DNA of 64,000 nucleotides from Mobula hypostoma. Taxonomy: Eukaryota. Positions 63,124-64,000 of this stretch are shown here, in pieces (position 1 is the stretch's first letter; every line of letters begins with the position of its first letter). The stretch lies in assembly GCF_963921235.1 (NCBI RefSeq), contig NC_086097.1, positions 160,706,001 to 160,770,000 of the forward strand, given 5' to 3'. The translations under genes and the position numbers were made by a program. The notes beneath the pieces were generated by a model. The model saw nothing but the letters and a program-made list of their open reading frames with translations. It searched no databases and was not told the origin of the DNA.

Positions 63124-63535
63124 AGCATTGATAGAAGATCGGCCTACTGGTGGGGAGGAAAGAGTGAGAATAAAGCAGGCCTTTTCTGCCACAGACTAGT
63201 GGTGTTCCACAGGGGTTGGTGTTGGGGCTGCTTCTTTTCACTCATGTCAATGACTTGATGTCAGAATTGAAGTTTTATGGCGAATTTTGAAGATTATACA
63301 AAGATATGTGGAGGGCAGATAGTATTGAGGAAGTAAGGAATCTGAAAAGGACTTGGATTGGGAGAATGGACAAAGAAGTGGCAGATGGAATGTAGTATAG
63401 AGGAAGTATACGGTCATGCACTTTAGTAGTAGGAATAAAGACATAGACCATTTTCTAAATGAGGAGAAAATTCAAAAATCAGCGATGTAGAGTCAGTGGT
63501 AAGGAAGGCAAATGCAATGTTAGCATTCAATCGAA

Positions 63536-63601
63536 TTACAACTACTACTGCTACTACTACTACGTCGACTCAGGCCTAGGGGGCCGGTATCGGGCACTAA
63601 G
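63536..63601 (-). mobile_element. 66-bp retroelement 3' tip with (TAG)n tail
   Basis: Perfect 13-bp TSD GCATTCAATCGAA at 63523-63535 and 63602-63614. Confidence 0.8.
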
Positions 63602-63728
63602 GCATTCAATCGAAAGTGTTAGAATATAAGTTGAAGGATGTAATGCAGAGGCTTTATAAAGCATTGGTCAGATCACACTTAGTGTATTATGAGCAGTTTT
63701 GGGCTCCTTATCTAAGAAAACATGCGCT

Positions 63729-63947
63729 TTTATATCTTACCCCCATACAAAACTCCCCGAACATACCATGGCAGCTAATATATTTACAATACAACACTTA
63801 ACACATACAAGTATGGACATTTCACAGCCATATGAAAGATATAAAAGGTATCTTTTATATAAGATATAAAAGCAAAATGGAGGAAAATGTAATGTATTAC
63901 GTATTCTGTATTGTGTCATTCCTTCAATAAAAATAAAATTTTAAAAA
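63729..63947 (+). mobile_element. Poly(A)-tailed insertion, probably an L1/Tx1 3' end
   Basis: CAATAAAAAT...AAAAAA end. 15-bp TSD AAGAAAACATGCGCT/AAGAAAAGATGTGCT at 63714-63728 and 63948-63962. Confidence 0.6.
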
Positions 63948-64000
63948 AAGAAAAGATGTGCTGGCATTGGAGAGGGTTTGGAGGAGATTCACAAGAATGA

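Larger units (their letters stand above)
60050..64000 (+). mobile_element. Old near-full-length CR1 running off the window
   Basis: ORF1 zinc-finger remnant (CKMW..DDYICRKC), esterase VIGDSIVRG, EN (DIVGITESW) and RT (YFQKAFDKVP). Confidence 0.85.

Overview
This is eukaryotic, AT-rich, repeat-dense vertebrate DNA, probably intronic or intergenic. The repeat families suggest a cartilaginous fish such as a ray (inference only). No host protein-coding gene could be confidently called. Most of the ORF track comes from transposable elements or their antisense shadows. The window holds many CR1 LINE copies of several ages, including one young copy with an uninterrupted APE+RT ORF2 (7903-10917). It also has about 15 Penelope-like element (PLE; RT + GIY-YIG) insertions whose termini carry a minimal hammerhead-ribozyme (HHR) motif, plus Rex1/Babar and RTE LINE fragments, V-SINEs and other tRNA-SINEs, a pogo/Tigger-like MITE, a decayed hAT (Charlie/Buster) transposon and a five-layer nested TE stack (28.4-40 kb). 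The main signals are: (1) a 285-bp TSD-flanked insertion with three tandem 52-53-nt minimal HHR units inside a 53-bp inverted repeat; (2) a conserved T-TTA-AAC slippery heptamer at the CR1 ORF1 stop, whose -1 frame is an AUG-less ORF2, suggesting programmed -1 frameshifting; (3) a 3.2-kb inverted PLE insertion with a base-precise twin-priming-like junction; and (4) a recurrent PLE end geometry with a ~35-nt tail on one end only. Boundaries of old, decayed elements are approximate and were read by eye.
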